In this document: positions 40,197 through 52,720 of the stretch, in pieces
Numbering within the stretch: the first letter of the stretch is position 1
Layout of the letters: each line of letters opens with the position of its first letter
NCBI RefSeq assembly: GCF_009914755.1
Contig: NC_060932.1
Source of the DNA: the human T2T-CHM13v2.0 reference genome, Homo sapiens
Length of the DNA stretch: 64,000 nucleotides
Direction: 5' to 3' (one strand)
Made by a program: the position numbers and the translations under genes
Notes under the pieces: model-generated
What the model saw: only the letters and a program-made list of their open reading frames with translations
What the model was told of the DNA's origin: nothing
Database searches by the model: none

Positions 40197-43100
40197 ACTC
40201 TCCCCATCCTTATCCTCTCTGCTCCCCTCAACTCCCATCCCCTGTATCTGCATCTTTCTGCACGAGGCTTTCTTCCAGCCAGAACCACTTTGCAGACATG
40301 CCTGGGAGAGACACCCCCAGGGAGCTCCCCTCAGCCACAACTCAGGGTGGGGTGCGTACACACCCCAGCTCCCTCCCTCACTCCTCAGTGGGAGATTCCC
40401 CAGCCACCTCGTGCTCAGCACTGCTGTCCGGTAGCATTCCCTGTGGGGTGGAACCCCCGGCCCCCACATGACTGGCGACACAGCTTACCCTTGCTGCCCG
40501 CCGCTCCTTTCTTGCCTCCCTTACCCACTTCGCTACCTGCATTTCCTGATGTCACTTCCTAAATAAACGACCCCAACTTGAACCCATGCCATGCAGCCCG
40601 CTTCTGGGGGAACCCAAACTGGGCCCCTCTCCTGCAGTGCCCAGACCCTCCCAGCTGGTATTGTGTTTATGCACACACCTCACCCACCCTCGCAGATGGG
40701 GTCCCATGTGCCATCGGTGTGGGGTCAGGTCCCTGGCATGTAGTCGTGTTACCTGGCATGGGGTCATGCACCTGTCATGCGGCCATGCTACGGTCTGCTG
40801 GTCTTTCCAGGACAGCCCATCCGAGACAGCACCCAGGACCCAGGGGACCCTGCAGACCAGGATATACACGCATTTAACCACCATGACACTCCACCCAAGG
40901 GGAGCTCTTGGGAAGGCTATTCTAAACACCCACCAGCCAGCCGTGGACCCCCATTCATGATCACAGTGCCATAAACGGCTTGTGTGACAGCCCCTGGGGA
41001 GCAGCCAGACAGGAGCCAGCCTGCCTGTGTCTCTAGAACATCAGGACAGTGACACCCTGGAGCCCCAGCTCTCCATCCTGGGAGCCGTTGACACCTGGGC
41101 ACCTGCAGCAGGACAATGTCCTTTCATTTGCTGCTCAACCGTGTCTCCCGGGAGCCTGAGAAATGTGCTCTGACAAGCATCAACAGCACGCTCTGTGTCA
41201 CACAGTGAGACGCAGAGATGAGTAAGACCCAGTACCTGGCACGGTCCAGGGCTGGGGAAGGGATGGCAAATAAGTGAACATCATCCATGACTAAGAGTGC
41301 CACCATTTCACGGGGGCCCAGCAAAAGGAGAGGCTAACTCAGCGTGGGGGCCCCAGCCTGGCGGACCCTGGCAGCTGCAGAAATGAGTGCTGAGGGGATC
41401 AGCCACGGGTCCTCACATGCTGGAGATGGTCAGCAGGCACTGGGTGAGCGGCTGTGCGTCACCAGCTCAGCTGGTTGGGAGCTGTCCCTACAGCCCAGGA
41501 CAGACAAAGAGGGCAGAGGTCTGCAGAGGGGCAGGAGCCAAATGTAGCACCAGGCAGGGCTGGGGCTGAGGAAGTGGGTGAGCAGACAGAGGGAGTGGTG
41601 ATGTCTGCTGGGGGGCTTGTTTTTATGCCTGAGGCTCCCTCTGTGTGAAGGGGACCCCACCGAGGCAGCAACCCCAGCCTCAGCCCCTCCCGAAGAGGAT
41701 CAGTGTGCATCTGGCGGGTGCGCTGGGGAATAAATGGGGCTTCCCTCGGAGGCGAGGCCCGTAGGCAGCCTGCACGCTCCACTGCTCCTCCAGGGGCTTC
41801 TCCGATTGTCGGGGGGTGCTGTCAATGCTGGGGGCCCTCATTCTGGGGGCGTGCTGTCACTGCTGGGAGTCCCTCATTCATTTGTCAGCCAAGGGGCCAG
41901 GTAGTGGTCCCCTTGGCTGACAAACCCAAAGCCACATCCTCCAGTACTGAAGGTGATATTTGGGGGCCAACCTGTCACTGCATTTCAAAATCTTTTCAAT
42001 TTCTCAGGACCTGGGAAGGAAGAGGGGTGCTCTTGGTTGGGTCCTCTTAGGGACCCCAGCATTTGGTTTATTTATCAGGACTATTAAGAAATGACAAGGG
42101 AAGAAGGTATTGGGACGGGGATAAACGTGCCCAGGGAGGGCTCCGGTAAGGACCAGGCAGGAGGGACCCAGGTTCTGCATCCCCGGTTGGCTCGGCCATG
42201 GTGTTCTGGATGTCTCCAAGGCTCCTCCGAGGTCTCCTGGCTCCCACCATGTTCCTCATTCTGCAGACAGGAGGTGTTGCTCCCCAGCACTGCCCGGGCA
42301 GTCAATCAAGGCAATCAATCAAGGCAGGCGCTCTACCTGTTCCCCGGGTGCATCCCCACCTATCACCAGGGGACACGGGAAGGCCAGGCGGCCAGACCGG
42401 AGCTGACGTCCTGCAGCAGCGTCGACACAGGACGAGGGGCTCTCGGAGGCAGGGGACTTGCCCTCTGGAGGAGTGGGTGGGATGCAGGCCTCCGTGGCCT
42501 CCCTGGAGCGGCCTGGCCTCCAGCTCTCAGACACCCTGCTTGCCTGCCTGCCTGACCTTTCTGCAGCCTCACTTTCCTTTCTCCCTTGTGCTGCCTCCTG
42601 GGATTACAATCTCAATAAAAGTGGGCGAGCGTGCTTTGATTTCCAGGGAGTCAGGCTTCAGCGTGGAGGACAGGCTATCATGGGGGCCGCTTTGTTCACA
42701 GGCCGGGGCTGCTTTGATGGGGCTGGCCTGGGCTTAAGAAAGCTGTGCAGCCTCAGGAAGGTGCGGGGCCTTGCTCCTCCTACCCCCTCAGAGGCCGTCA
42801 GGCACAGGCCTCAGCAGGCCCAAGCAGCGCCGGGCACAGGCAGCTGTGGCTGCACCCCAGAAGGGGTACACAGTGTACCCAGAAGGGCCCACAGACAGTC
42901 ACCTGGGCAGGTGCCTCAGCAGGCAGGCCCTGCTGGGAGGAACGCAGAAAACCCTGCAGCTTCTGCAACGCGGGCGGCAGAGGCCCCGAGGGTTCTCGAC
43001 TTACACAGTCGGTGCCTGGCTTGCTGGGAGCAGACCCACCTCAGACCCAGGTTTCCCAGACCTAAGCCCCTAAAAACAGCGGGGGCTGCAGCCCTGGGTC

Positions 43101-43329
43101 ACCTGTGGTGCCTGGGCTCTCTTGCAGCCTCTGGGCGGGCTGTGTGCTCCCAGCAACTGGAGCCTTCAGGATGGGAGCACGGGAGAGGGTGTCCAGCTGT
43201 GGATTCAGTGACCTCAGAGTCTCTTTTGATTCATTTCAGAGCCTTCCAAAAAGGGCAAAATGCAGAGTGTCTCTCAGCAGCCAGAAGAAAAGGGGAGGAG
43301 CAGCCCATCGCCTGGTGTGGGGAGCATGG

Positions 43330-43390
43330 GCTGCAGGAAATGGGCGGGGCCTCTTGGGTGGGCGGGGCTACAGAGAGTGGGCGTGACTTT
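43330..43390 (+). promoter_or_regulatory. GC-box/ETS cluster, candidate minimal promoter
   Basis: CAGGAAAT, TGGGCGGGGC twice and TGGGCGTGA within ~55 bp. Confidence 0.3.
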
Positions 43391-45129
43391 CTCCAGGACA
43401 TGGACCAGGTTATGGATTTTGCCCAGTGGGGGTGGGAGCAAACCCAGTGGAACTCCACATTCCCCGCTCTGGGCCCTTCTCTGGCCATTGTCCACGGAGG
43501 TGAGCAGGGTGCCTGAGTTGTGTGTACCCTAGCAAGTGGCAGCTGACATCGGAGCCAGGCTCTGTTCTGCGCTCTTCCCTCCTCGGCCACTGCTGGGTCA
43601 GTGCTGCCTCTGACCGGCAGCACTGGTGGCTCAGAAAACAGAGTGGAAAGAGGCCTTGAGTGAGAAGCCGAGGGTGCAGGGCCCAGAAAAGGGCCTGGGG
43701 ACCACAGCATCCAGACACTGGGCAAACGACCAGACACCAGCTGCTCCAGATTCCGATCAATGGCACTTCCACCTAATCCATCGTCAAAGTTATAGGAGTC
43801 TCATAAGTGGTCCGGGAGCGAGTGGCCTCCCAGAGGGCGCTCCTGAGGCAACGATGCATGACATTAAAACAATTGCCTTGACCATCCTCTGAGCACTGCT
43901 GTGACCTCTCCCCAAAGCCAGAACCGCAGCCCCCAGCCGCCTCCTCCTCTGGCCCTCTCTGCCTGTGCCCTGCCCGGCTCACCCTTCAGCCTGAAGCCAC
44001 TTGGAAGAAACCCTGCTGGAGGCTGGCTGAGCTGGGGCAGGACGTCCTGAGATGGCCCCTGGAGGGAGCAAACGTGGCCAGCGGGGCTGCTGTGGCTGGT
44101 GGCGCTGCAGTCCACAAGTGCAAGCCAGCAACACAAGTCAGGTCCCGACCCTGCTGTGCCAGAGAGACTGGCAGCATCGGGCAGGGACTCAGCCTCCCTG
44201 GATCTCTCTTTCTTCCTGTGCAGGATAGAGACCACCCAAAGGGGGACTGGGGCAGGACAATGAAATGCAGGAGGCGTGGCTCCCAGAGCCCAGGGTGCTG
44301 TGCACACCTAAAGGCTGAGTCCAGCGCTTCTTTCCTTCACTAGGTGCTGTGGCTCCCTGGGACTGATGAATCGGGAAGTCTCCAGGAGGAGGTCAGGACT
44401 CTGCAGAGGTGGTTCCTAAGCCTCAACTCACTGTGTCTGGAGATGGGCTCTGAGCTTGGTGTTGTCCCCACTGTGAAGTGACTTGGGGTCACCAGAGGCT
44501 AATGGACCAGTGCAGAGTTGCACGGCATGTGCAGGGTGTGCCTGGGGATTGCAACCAGGCGTGTCTTACCCCACAGCCAATGTGGAGCCTGTGTGTGCGT
44601 CTTGGAGGGCAGCATGCTTAGGAGGGATTTATGCCATGCGCCTTCTCACAGGAAACTTTCTCCCACAGCGTGGACATCTTTGAGATTATAGTTTTGCAAA
44701 AGACAGCATGACATTCTTCAAATGGATGTTCATATTATATCCCTCTATAAAAGCCGGGGACATAACACTAAATCACAGCCGTGGGAAGGAAGCATTGGAG
44801 CTGGGCTGACACTCTGCACGCACATCTCCTTCTGGTGTTTTAGCCTAACCCTGGGACCACATCATTAATGCCGTGTTTAATGTCCCGGGTCTGGGGATAT
44901 AAAAACAACCCGTGCTATGTTTGAGAACATTTACTAAGAGGTAAGGGGCTTCCGCGTTCTGTTTGATAAGTGCCTGGTTTATTTTATATGGAAATAAAAG
45001 AAAACTTTTTTTTTTCCCAGAACCATTCTGTCCAACCCGGCCGCAGCCCGTATGCATGTGTGAGGACACATTTCATCTTCAGCACCAGATGTGGGGGTGT
45101 GGAGCACACTGCTGTTGAAAGGAAAACAA

Positions 45130-45290
45130 ATCATTCATTTATCTCTGTGTTCATTCATTCCATAAATATTTGCTGAACACTAAGTGGGTGTTGGGGACAC
45201 AGCCATGAAATAGATGGACGTGGACTCAATCCTCATGGCAGCTGCAGAGTGCAGTCGGGGAGCCTCTCCTACGGTGACAATGATCACCCG
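45130..45290 (-). mobile_element. L2 3' end
   Basis: tcattcattccataaatatttgctgaacactaagtgggtgttggggacacagccatgaa. Confidence 0.65.
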
Positions 45291-46131
45291 GGACTGAGCG
45301 ATTACTTCTCTGCATCCGTGTCTGCCCCTGAGAAATCCACGTGTGTGCCCGAGAGGTGAGGATGGAGATGCCGCCACGGCACCGCTTGTAACCACAAAGC
45401 TCAGGAGCCACATGCATGCCCAGCACCAGGAGGAAGCCAGTCAAGCTGGCTCCTCTGTGGGGCAGCAGGCAGGGTTCCCGCCAAAAGCAACAGCCCTTCT
45501 GTGGGACAGCAGGCAGGGTTCCCGCCGAAAGCGATGGCTCCACAGCCCTGCTGGGAATAAGCGTCCAGACACACTGCTGGAGGAAGGCAGGAGCTGTGCG
45601 GGGACCTGCACGGCATAGGCCACGGATGTAAGCGCCCGCGAAGCGCCGGCACCCACCCGCACGTCCTGTGGGGGCATCCAACCGTGTGATGCGCAGATAA
45701 GGGCCCCAGAGGGCACACCGCAGCCACCGCAGGGTGAGCTCTGGAGGGGGTCTCCAGCCTTCTGGGGAAGCTTTAAATTGTTTACAAGAGAATGTATTCA
45801 TGGATGACTTGTTCAATGAGGAATTAATGAAATTAGAGAGAAAGAGCAGGAAGGAAGTCCACCTCGGCGGCTCCGGGCACCTGCTCCAGGCCCAGTGTTT
45901 TCATGGTGTTGTGTCTGATCCTGGCGACTCCTGTCAGTGAAGTCCTAGAGCCCAGTGTTTCAAGCAAGGATGGCGGAACACAGAGCTGCCAAGGACACTG
46001 CAAGGTCACATGTCATGTGGTTGACAGCCTACGCTGGGGGGCCTTGGCCTGAAGCCTGGACCTCAACCCTCCCCTCCACGGCATGCGTATTGCTATTTAA
46101 TGAACTAGACTTGTTGTCAACAAAGGCGGGA

Positions 46132-46159
46132 CTCTCTCTCTCTCACACACACGCACGCA

Positions 46160-46190
<31 letters not shown>

Positions 46191-46217
46191 TCACCCACAC
46201 ACGCACACACACACACA
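46132..46217. repeat. (CT)/(CA)/(CG) dinucleotide tract
   Basis: ctctctctctcacacacacgcacgcatgcgcgcgcgcacacacac. Confidence 0.95.
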
Positions 46218-47419
46218 GCCTCCAGTGATTGGACTATGAGCAGGAATCAGGAGGCTTTCAAGATCTCAAGCCAGGGCTGACAGAAACGTGGGAAGGAGAG
46301 TGAGGCTGCTGGGGGGCTAGGGAGTCGGCGTGTGGCATATGGCATGTGCCACGTGCTGTCCGTCCCTCATAAGCCAAATGTCTTGAGTGGACTTTTGGCA
46401 GCTGCCGAGTCACTGTCAATGTGGGTTCGGCCTGGAGTGCCAGTGGTCCCTGTGGTTGCTGGAAGAGCATGATGCCCTGGGTTAATGATGGAGCAACTGC
46501 CTGGGTAAGCTGAGTCAGTGAGGAGATGTTATAGGATCTGACCCCGCCCTTCCAACCACTTTCACAGCAAATTGGGTGAGCTTTGCGGTGAAAGGTGGGA
46601 GGGAGTGGGGGCCTGGGTTTGCTGAGCTGGCACTATCCACCCATTCACTAAAACATCTGCAAAGCCTGCAATCTGTACCCGGCCCCTTGCTACCTCTCAC
46701 GTGCCCCATAGACCTGGTGAGACAAGAACGGGTCTGCCAGCTCCTAGGAGGACTGGAACTCATGAGGTGACTCACAGGCACGGTGGAGCTGGTCCCAAAT
46801 GCCCACGACCTGCAGGGTAGGACACGCCCATCAGCAACCATGGCAACATCATGAGGATGGAGAGAACAGCTTTGCCCACCTGGGGCCACTGGCCGAGGAC
46901 CTGCAGGTGTGAACCACCTGTCCTATGGCTGAAGACCGAGGTGAGACCTTGCTCAAGGGGCCACACAGCTGGTCAACCTCAGGCCAAGATCAGGAACCCA
47001 AATCTGCCTGATTCCAAACCCCACCCTGCACCCCCCTCCCCAACAAGGCTGGTGCCCTGTGAGCATAGAGCCCCTTCCTGGGGGCTGCAGAAATGTGGAA
47101 AGGCCTGGAAAGTGAGGCTGGCTGGTGCCCAGAGCCTGAGGACCAGGCCACGCCAGGTGGCCAGGTGTCACCTGCCTCCCTTCTAGAGCCTCCTTCCTTC
47201 TTCTCAAGCCCAGGGCCACCATAGAGGTCTGACCTCACTGAGCTCTTCACATTCCTCATGCCCTAGAAACATGTGACAGGAAGTTCAAATTCTCTTGATC
47301 TCAATATCACGACTAAAACAGCAAGTCCCACCCACACTCAGCACAGGTGCATGTGTATCAAGATGAACACTTGCAGGTGTGTGGACAGGTATGAACGCCC
47401 TTCGAAGGGACCGCCAGGG

Positions 47420-47867
47420 GTCACTGAAGGTGGCAGCTGGGCTGGGCCGGGCTATGATGCCCCACGTGTTTGGTCACCACACTTCTGGATGCTGCCAGGA
47501 AGGTACTTTATGGACGGGATTCACATGTATGGCCAGCGGACTTTGATGAATCCAGCAGATGACCTCCCCGGGGCGGGCAGGTCTCATACAGTCAGCTAAA
47601 GGCTTTAAGAGCAAAGACTGCGGCTTCTCAGAGAAGAAGGGATTTGGCTTCAAGATTGCAACATGGAAACCTTGCCTGAGCTTCCAGCCCTCACTTGGAC
47701 TTCAGGCTTGCCAGCCCCCACAGTCGCACAAGCCAAATCCTTAAAATAAACCTCCCCTCTCCGTGTGTACATATACAGCCTGTATATATCTCTCCATCTC
47801 CTGTAGATGCTGCTGTCTCCTGGAGATCTCACACTTGTTCTGTTTCTCTGGCCAGCCTGAGCGACAC
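47420..47867 (+). mobile_element. MLT2 (D-like) ERVL LTR
   Basis: gctatgatgcccacgtgtttggtca...gcagatgacctcccc...aaggctttaagagcaaagactg...gccagcccccacagtcgcacaagccaaatccttaaaataaa. Confidence 0.85.
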
Positions 47868-48929
47868 CGGGGCCCCACGTATGTAGCATTAGCCCCAAAA
47901 GCCTGCCAGGCCCCAGGTCCTGCAGCTGGGTGTCTGGCGAGCTGTCTCCGTGCAGTAATGAGGACGGTGAAACCACTCATGAACAGGGATGCTATCACAA
48001 CAGAATCTGTCATGACAGGCCCTTGGAGACAGTGTGCCGATTAACAGGAGGGGAGTGGGGAAGAAGTCAGGCCATCCACAGAGGACTGTAAGCTACTGAA
48101 TGAGAAAGGCCGCTGCCCACCGCAGCGTGTACGCCGTTTTCTACATTTACGGAGAGACTCAGGTGTGTGCACACTGTGTGTCCAGAAGGGCTGAGGGCTA
48201 CAGAGCAGCCTGGAAGAAGCACATCGAAATGAGCAGAGCCCACACCCATCCTCCCGGGGACCATGGACTGCCACCACCTCCCTGCGGACAGCCCTGGGAT
48301 GCAGACCCCAGCCACCAGGCCGGCTGCACGGACCGCAGGGTGCAACTGCCTCCTCTCTCAGCCCCTTTGTGCAGTGAACAACGTGCGTAGCCATATGGGC
48401 AGCCCTGAAATCTTACCTCCAGGGTGGAGCTGGGATGATGAGTCATTGCTGTTTCTGCTATGCTTTTCAACATCTTCTAAGGTTTATACCATGGGTGTTT
48501 GTTGATTTCTTATCAAAGACAAATAAAAAGCACTGAAAGCAAACCAGCCACCCTCGTGCTGTGGCCCACACGGCTCCTGGTGCCAGCAAAGACAGCTGGG
48601 CATCACCAGCCTAGCAGACAGAGGACTAAAGTCCCCTCGAGCGCCTCAGGGTCGGCTTCCCAGGCCTTCGCAGCCCGTGTGAAGCTAGAGCGTCTGGGTG
48701 CCCTGGACCGCCACCCATGCCATCCTCAGTGAAGGAGCTGGGCTCAGACAGGATGCCCAAGAGAAGAATGACCTGAAATGACATCTCCGCTGATGCCCAG
48801 CTCAGTGTGCAGAGGCTATTGTCTCCCCGTCCACCCACCCCTGAGGAAGCCAGCCTGTAGCTATCCCCTCAGGCCCTTCCCTGACCTGCTGGGCTCTGCT
48901 GTTAGCCCCTGAGCAGCCACCACTCGCAC

Positions 48930-49790
48930 CTGGACACACCGCGCCCACTGCACAGACACACACATACACACCCATCACACACATCACACCCACCGCACAG
49001 ACACACACACCCATCACATACACCCGGACACACCACACAGACACACACCCCCATCACACACACCCAGCCATCACACATACATCACACCCACTGCACAGAC
49101 ACACACACCATCCCATACACCCAGACACACCACACAGACACACACCCCCGTCACACACACCTGGACATGTCACACACACCTGGACATTTCCACACCCACC
49201 ACACAGACACATGCGCACACACCCATTACACACCAGACACACTACACCCACCAGAGACACACACACACACCCAGACACATTGCACCCACCATACAGACAC
49301 ACACACACACCCATCACCCACACACAGACACACCGCACCCACCACACACACACACACACCCAGACACACCACACCCACCATACAGACACACACACACCCA
49401 TCACCCACACCCAGACACACCACACCCACCACACAGACACACACACACCCATCACCCACACACAGACACACCACACCCACCACACAGACACACCCACACA
49501 CCCAGACACACCACACCCACCATACAGACATGCACACATGCCCAGACATACCACACCCACCATACAGACACACACACACACACCCATCACCACACACAGA
49601 CACACCACACCCACCATGCAGGCACCTACTGTGTGTGCACACACACCCATCACCCACACACAGACACACCACACCCACCGTGCAGGCACCTACTGTGTGC
49701 ACACACACCCATCACCTACACACAGACACACCACACCCACCGTGCAGGCACCTACTGTGTGTGCACACACACCCATCACCCACACATACC
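48930..49790. repeat. CA-rich complex tandem repeat with ~40-60-bp higher-order units
   Basis: cagacacaccacacccaccatacagacacacacacccatcaccca; last three units carry gcaggcacctactgtgtg. Confidence 0.95.
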
Positions 49791-50034
49791 CCGTATCTAG
49801 CTCCACTGACTGTGGAATTGAGTCATTACTGGGAGCCCTGCTTCCATGCAGCATGAATTCATCTCCTAACTGATCCCACCTTTATCTTGACGAGGATGTG
49901 GACTTCATGGGTCATCAGACAAAACTTCCTCTTTACCGAAAGAATACCGGCTTAGAGACCATCAACTCATCCGTTCACTCCACGAGCGTCCAGGGAGCCG
50001 CGCTCTGTGCCAGCCTCGAGGGGCATCCGGGTGC

Positions 50035-50459
50035 TGCCTCCCGATGTTTGCATCTCTCAGAATTCACAAGTGGAAATGCCAACGCGAGTGATGGGATGGG
50101 CAGGTGGGGCTTCGGGAAGGGGTGGAGTCCCGAGGGTGGGTGGGACTTCAGGAGTGGGTGGAGTCCTGAGGGTGGGTGGGGCTTCGGGAGGAGGTGGAGT
50201 CCCGAGGGTGGGTTCTCATGATGGGACTGGTGCCCTTATAGCATGAGACTCCAGAGAGCTGCCCCATCCACCATGTGAGGGCACAGCCGACAGACGGCCG
50301 CCTGTGGACCAGGAGGCAGCCCTCTCCGGACGCCAAATCTGCCGGCACCTTGATCTTGCACTTCCGGCCTCCAGGACTGTGAGCATTAAATGTCTGTTGT
50401 TCATGAGCCGTTATCAGTTTAAGGTATTTCTGTTATAGCAGCACACCCGGACTGAGACA
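50035..50459 (+). mobile_element. MLT1A/MST-type MaLR LTR with an internal 36-bp G-rich triplication
   Basis: tgtttgcatctctcagaattcac...tctcatgatgggactggtgcccttata...gccggcaccttgatcttgcacttccggcctccaggactgtgag...gttatagcagcac...gactgagaca. Confidence 0.88.
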
Positions 50460-50709
50460 GCTGATGAACAGGATGGGTGTGAGGCCTCCTTGGGGCACAC
50501 TGGCTGGCTGGGAAGACACACACCTAAACGAGTGCCATAATAGTGTGTGACTGTGATGACAGTGGTAGAGAAATGCTGTTCTCTCAGCCCTGGTTGCAGA
50601 ACCAGAGGACCACCAGATGTCCAAGCCAGGAGGGCCCATGGCATCCAAATGACTCAACATGTGGCCAGGGTCAGGGCTCAGAGTATGGCCCGGGTCTGAG
50701 CTCAGTCTG

Positions 50710-51923
50710 GAGAGAAGGGCCATCCAGCTGCTCTGCGCTGGTCCTCAGACCTTGGCCAATACTCCACCCACCGGCCTCCATATCAAGGCTCAATATGGCT
50801 GGGATGAAGGCTCTGTCTTTAACCCATCAGCTCTCAGTCTGTGAGCAGGACCAGGGCTCAGCCTGTGAGAGAGATCACAGCTCCTCCTGTGACCAGGGAC
50901 AGGGGTCTCTGTGGCCATGGTGAAGACTCAGAATTTGTCCAGGATCAGGGCTCAGTCTGTGACAGGGGTTATGGATTAGGGGTCAGCGTGGAACCAGAGT
51001 CAGAGTCCAGTATGTGCCTGGGATCAGGGCTCGGTCTCAGCAGGTCCGGGCTCTGGCCTCCCCGCAAGGGCCTCTGCTCCTCACTCTGAAAGCAACCTTC
51101 GCGTCCTGCTCCAAGCGGCTGGGTGGCCTGGTCCCTGTGCCCTACCCACTTTTTCCTGTGGAAATCCCCTTTGGCTCGAGTCCTAATTATGTTTAAAACC
51201 CCACCTTGGCCGGGGGATTTCATCAGGGAGCAGGAGCTCAAGGCCAGGGTGCTGTGGGAAGAGGAGGACAGGTGGCCTGGACAATTCCTGCACAGCCCAA
51301 TCAGGGCGCCTGCACACCTGGATTTGCATAAATCTCTAAGCCGATTAGAGGGACATTCAGAGGAAGCCTCGCAGGTGCCCAGCCAGCAAAGCAGGCGCCC
51401 TCCCTCTCTGGGCAGATTAATTGTTCCCAGCCCAGCTAGCTCCAAAGCCCAGTTCATTATCTCTCCCTGTGAACCGGCACCTCCCCTGCTCCTTCCCTGC
51501 TCCAGTCAGTGGCATCAAACTCAGAACCCCAGATGCCTTCTCTCCTATGGCCCTGCATTCAGTCCCCCTGTCCAGGCCTGGGCCGGGCTGAACCCCTCAC
51601 TCCCTCCCACTACCCACCCTGCTCAGGGCTAGAGTCTTCAGCCTAATTCCTGCCACGACATCCCCCTGGGTGTTCCTGACACCAGCCTCGCTGCTCTGTC
51701 CATTGCACCCCTGCAGCCTGCCTAGAGGACCTGCCGTTCTGCTGGTTCAGAGCAGGCTGGCGTCTGGCCTTCCTGGGTCCCTGCGTCCTCCTCTGGAGCA
51801 GGCATTGCACCGCCCTGGGAGCTGCAGCCTGCTCCCCTTTGGCCAGCACCCCTGGAGGCTGGTGGATGGAGTGCTGGGCAAGGTCTCAGGACCAGCGCAG
51901 AGCACCTGGATGGCCCTTCTCTC
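50710..51923. repeat. 71-bp inverted repeat pair (50710-50780 / 51853-51923), 64/71 identical
   Basis: Manual reverse-complement alignment; the ORF track gives matching peptides on opposite strands (EGPSSCSALVLRPWPILHPPAS vs EGPSRCSALVLRPCPALHPPAS). Confidence 0.95.
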
Positions 51924-52574
51924 TCCGCTTGCCCTTTTGCCACGGCCCCTTCATGCTCCGCCCCCTGCAGGCAGGGGCAGCCTCCCACCCTCCTGAACAA
52001 GCTTCTGTCTGCCCCACTCAGCCCTGACACCTGCTCTTCCATCCTGGGGTTGCCGGGGAGAACTCCAGGCCAGGCCAGGAGAAGATTTGGATGGAGGCGA
52101 CTTTCACGTGCAGAGCCCTCCTCACCCCAGGGGTTGCAGGTGTTGGGGCCTTGGGGCCTGGTCTGATTGACCCTGGCTCCCAGCTCCTTCCCTCTGAGAA
52201 CAGAACAGGGAAGGGGCTCCCTCCCTGGGTCCATCCTAGCGGCTGCAGAGACTCCAGTGAGTGCAAGAGTGGAAGTGGGTCCTGCGGCAGCTGCAGTTGT
52301 CTGTGTGACCCTGGGCAAGCCAGTCGCTAGTGGAGGAAGGAAAAGTTTGGGTTTGTTGGCCTGTGAGCTTCCTCCTGACGGCAACGCTTTAAATCTGCAA
52401 GATGAGCTTTGTGAGCCTCAGATGAAATGATGTATTCACAGGCAGTTTTGGTCAGCTTTCGGGGAACAGTGGCATCCACCCAGGCTGGCTCTGCCATGAG
52501 CAGACCAAATGCCTGCCGACATGGGGAGCCAGGTGCTCTCATTCATGCAACAAAAACCTGCTGGGCTTAAGAGG

Positions 52575-52720
52575 CTGTGGATTCAGAGACCTGGGTCTGC
52601 CACCTGCCATGTGTGATCTGCTCCAGTCACTGGGCCTCTGTGTGCCTCAGCTTCCTCTTCTGTGAGATGGAGTGATGGTACCCTGTGCCGTGGCTGTGCT
52701 AACATGGTGCCGTGCAGCAC
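52575..52720 (+). mobile_element. MIR
   Basis: gacctgggtctgccacctgccatgtgtgatc...tcactgggcctctgtgtgcctcagcttcctcttctgtgagatggag. Confidence 0.65.

Noticed and set aside
42458-43516. 352-aa ORF
   Set aside because: A/G/P/R-rich composition typical of chance ORFs in GC-rich DNA; no recognisable domain
50710-51923. DNA transposon bounded by 71-bp terminal inverted repeats
   Set aside because: No target-site duplication, no recognisable TIR termini and no transposase remnant; kept only as an inverted duplication
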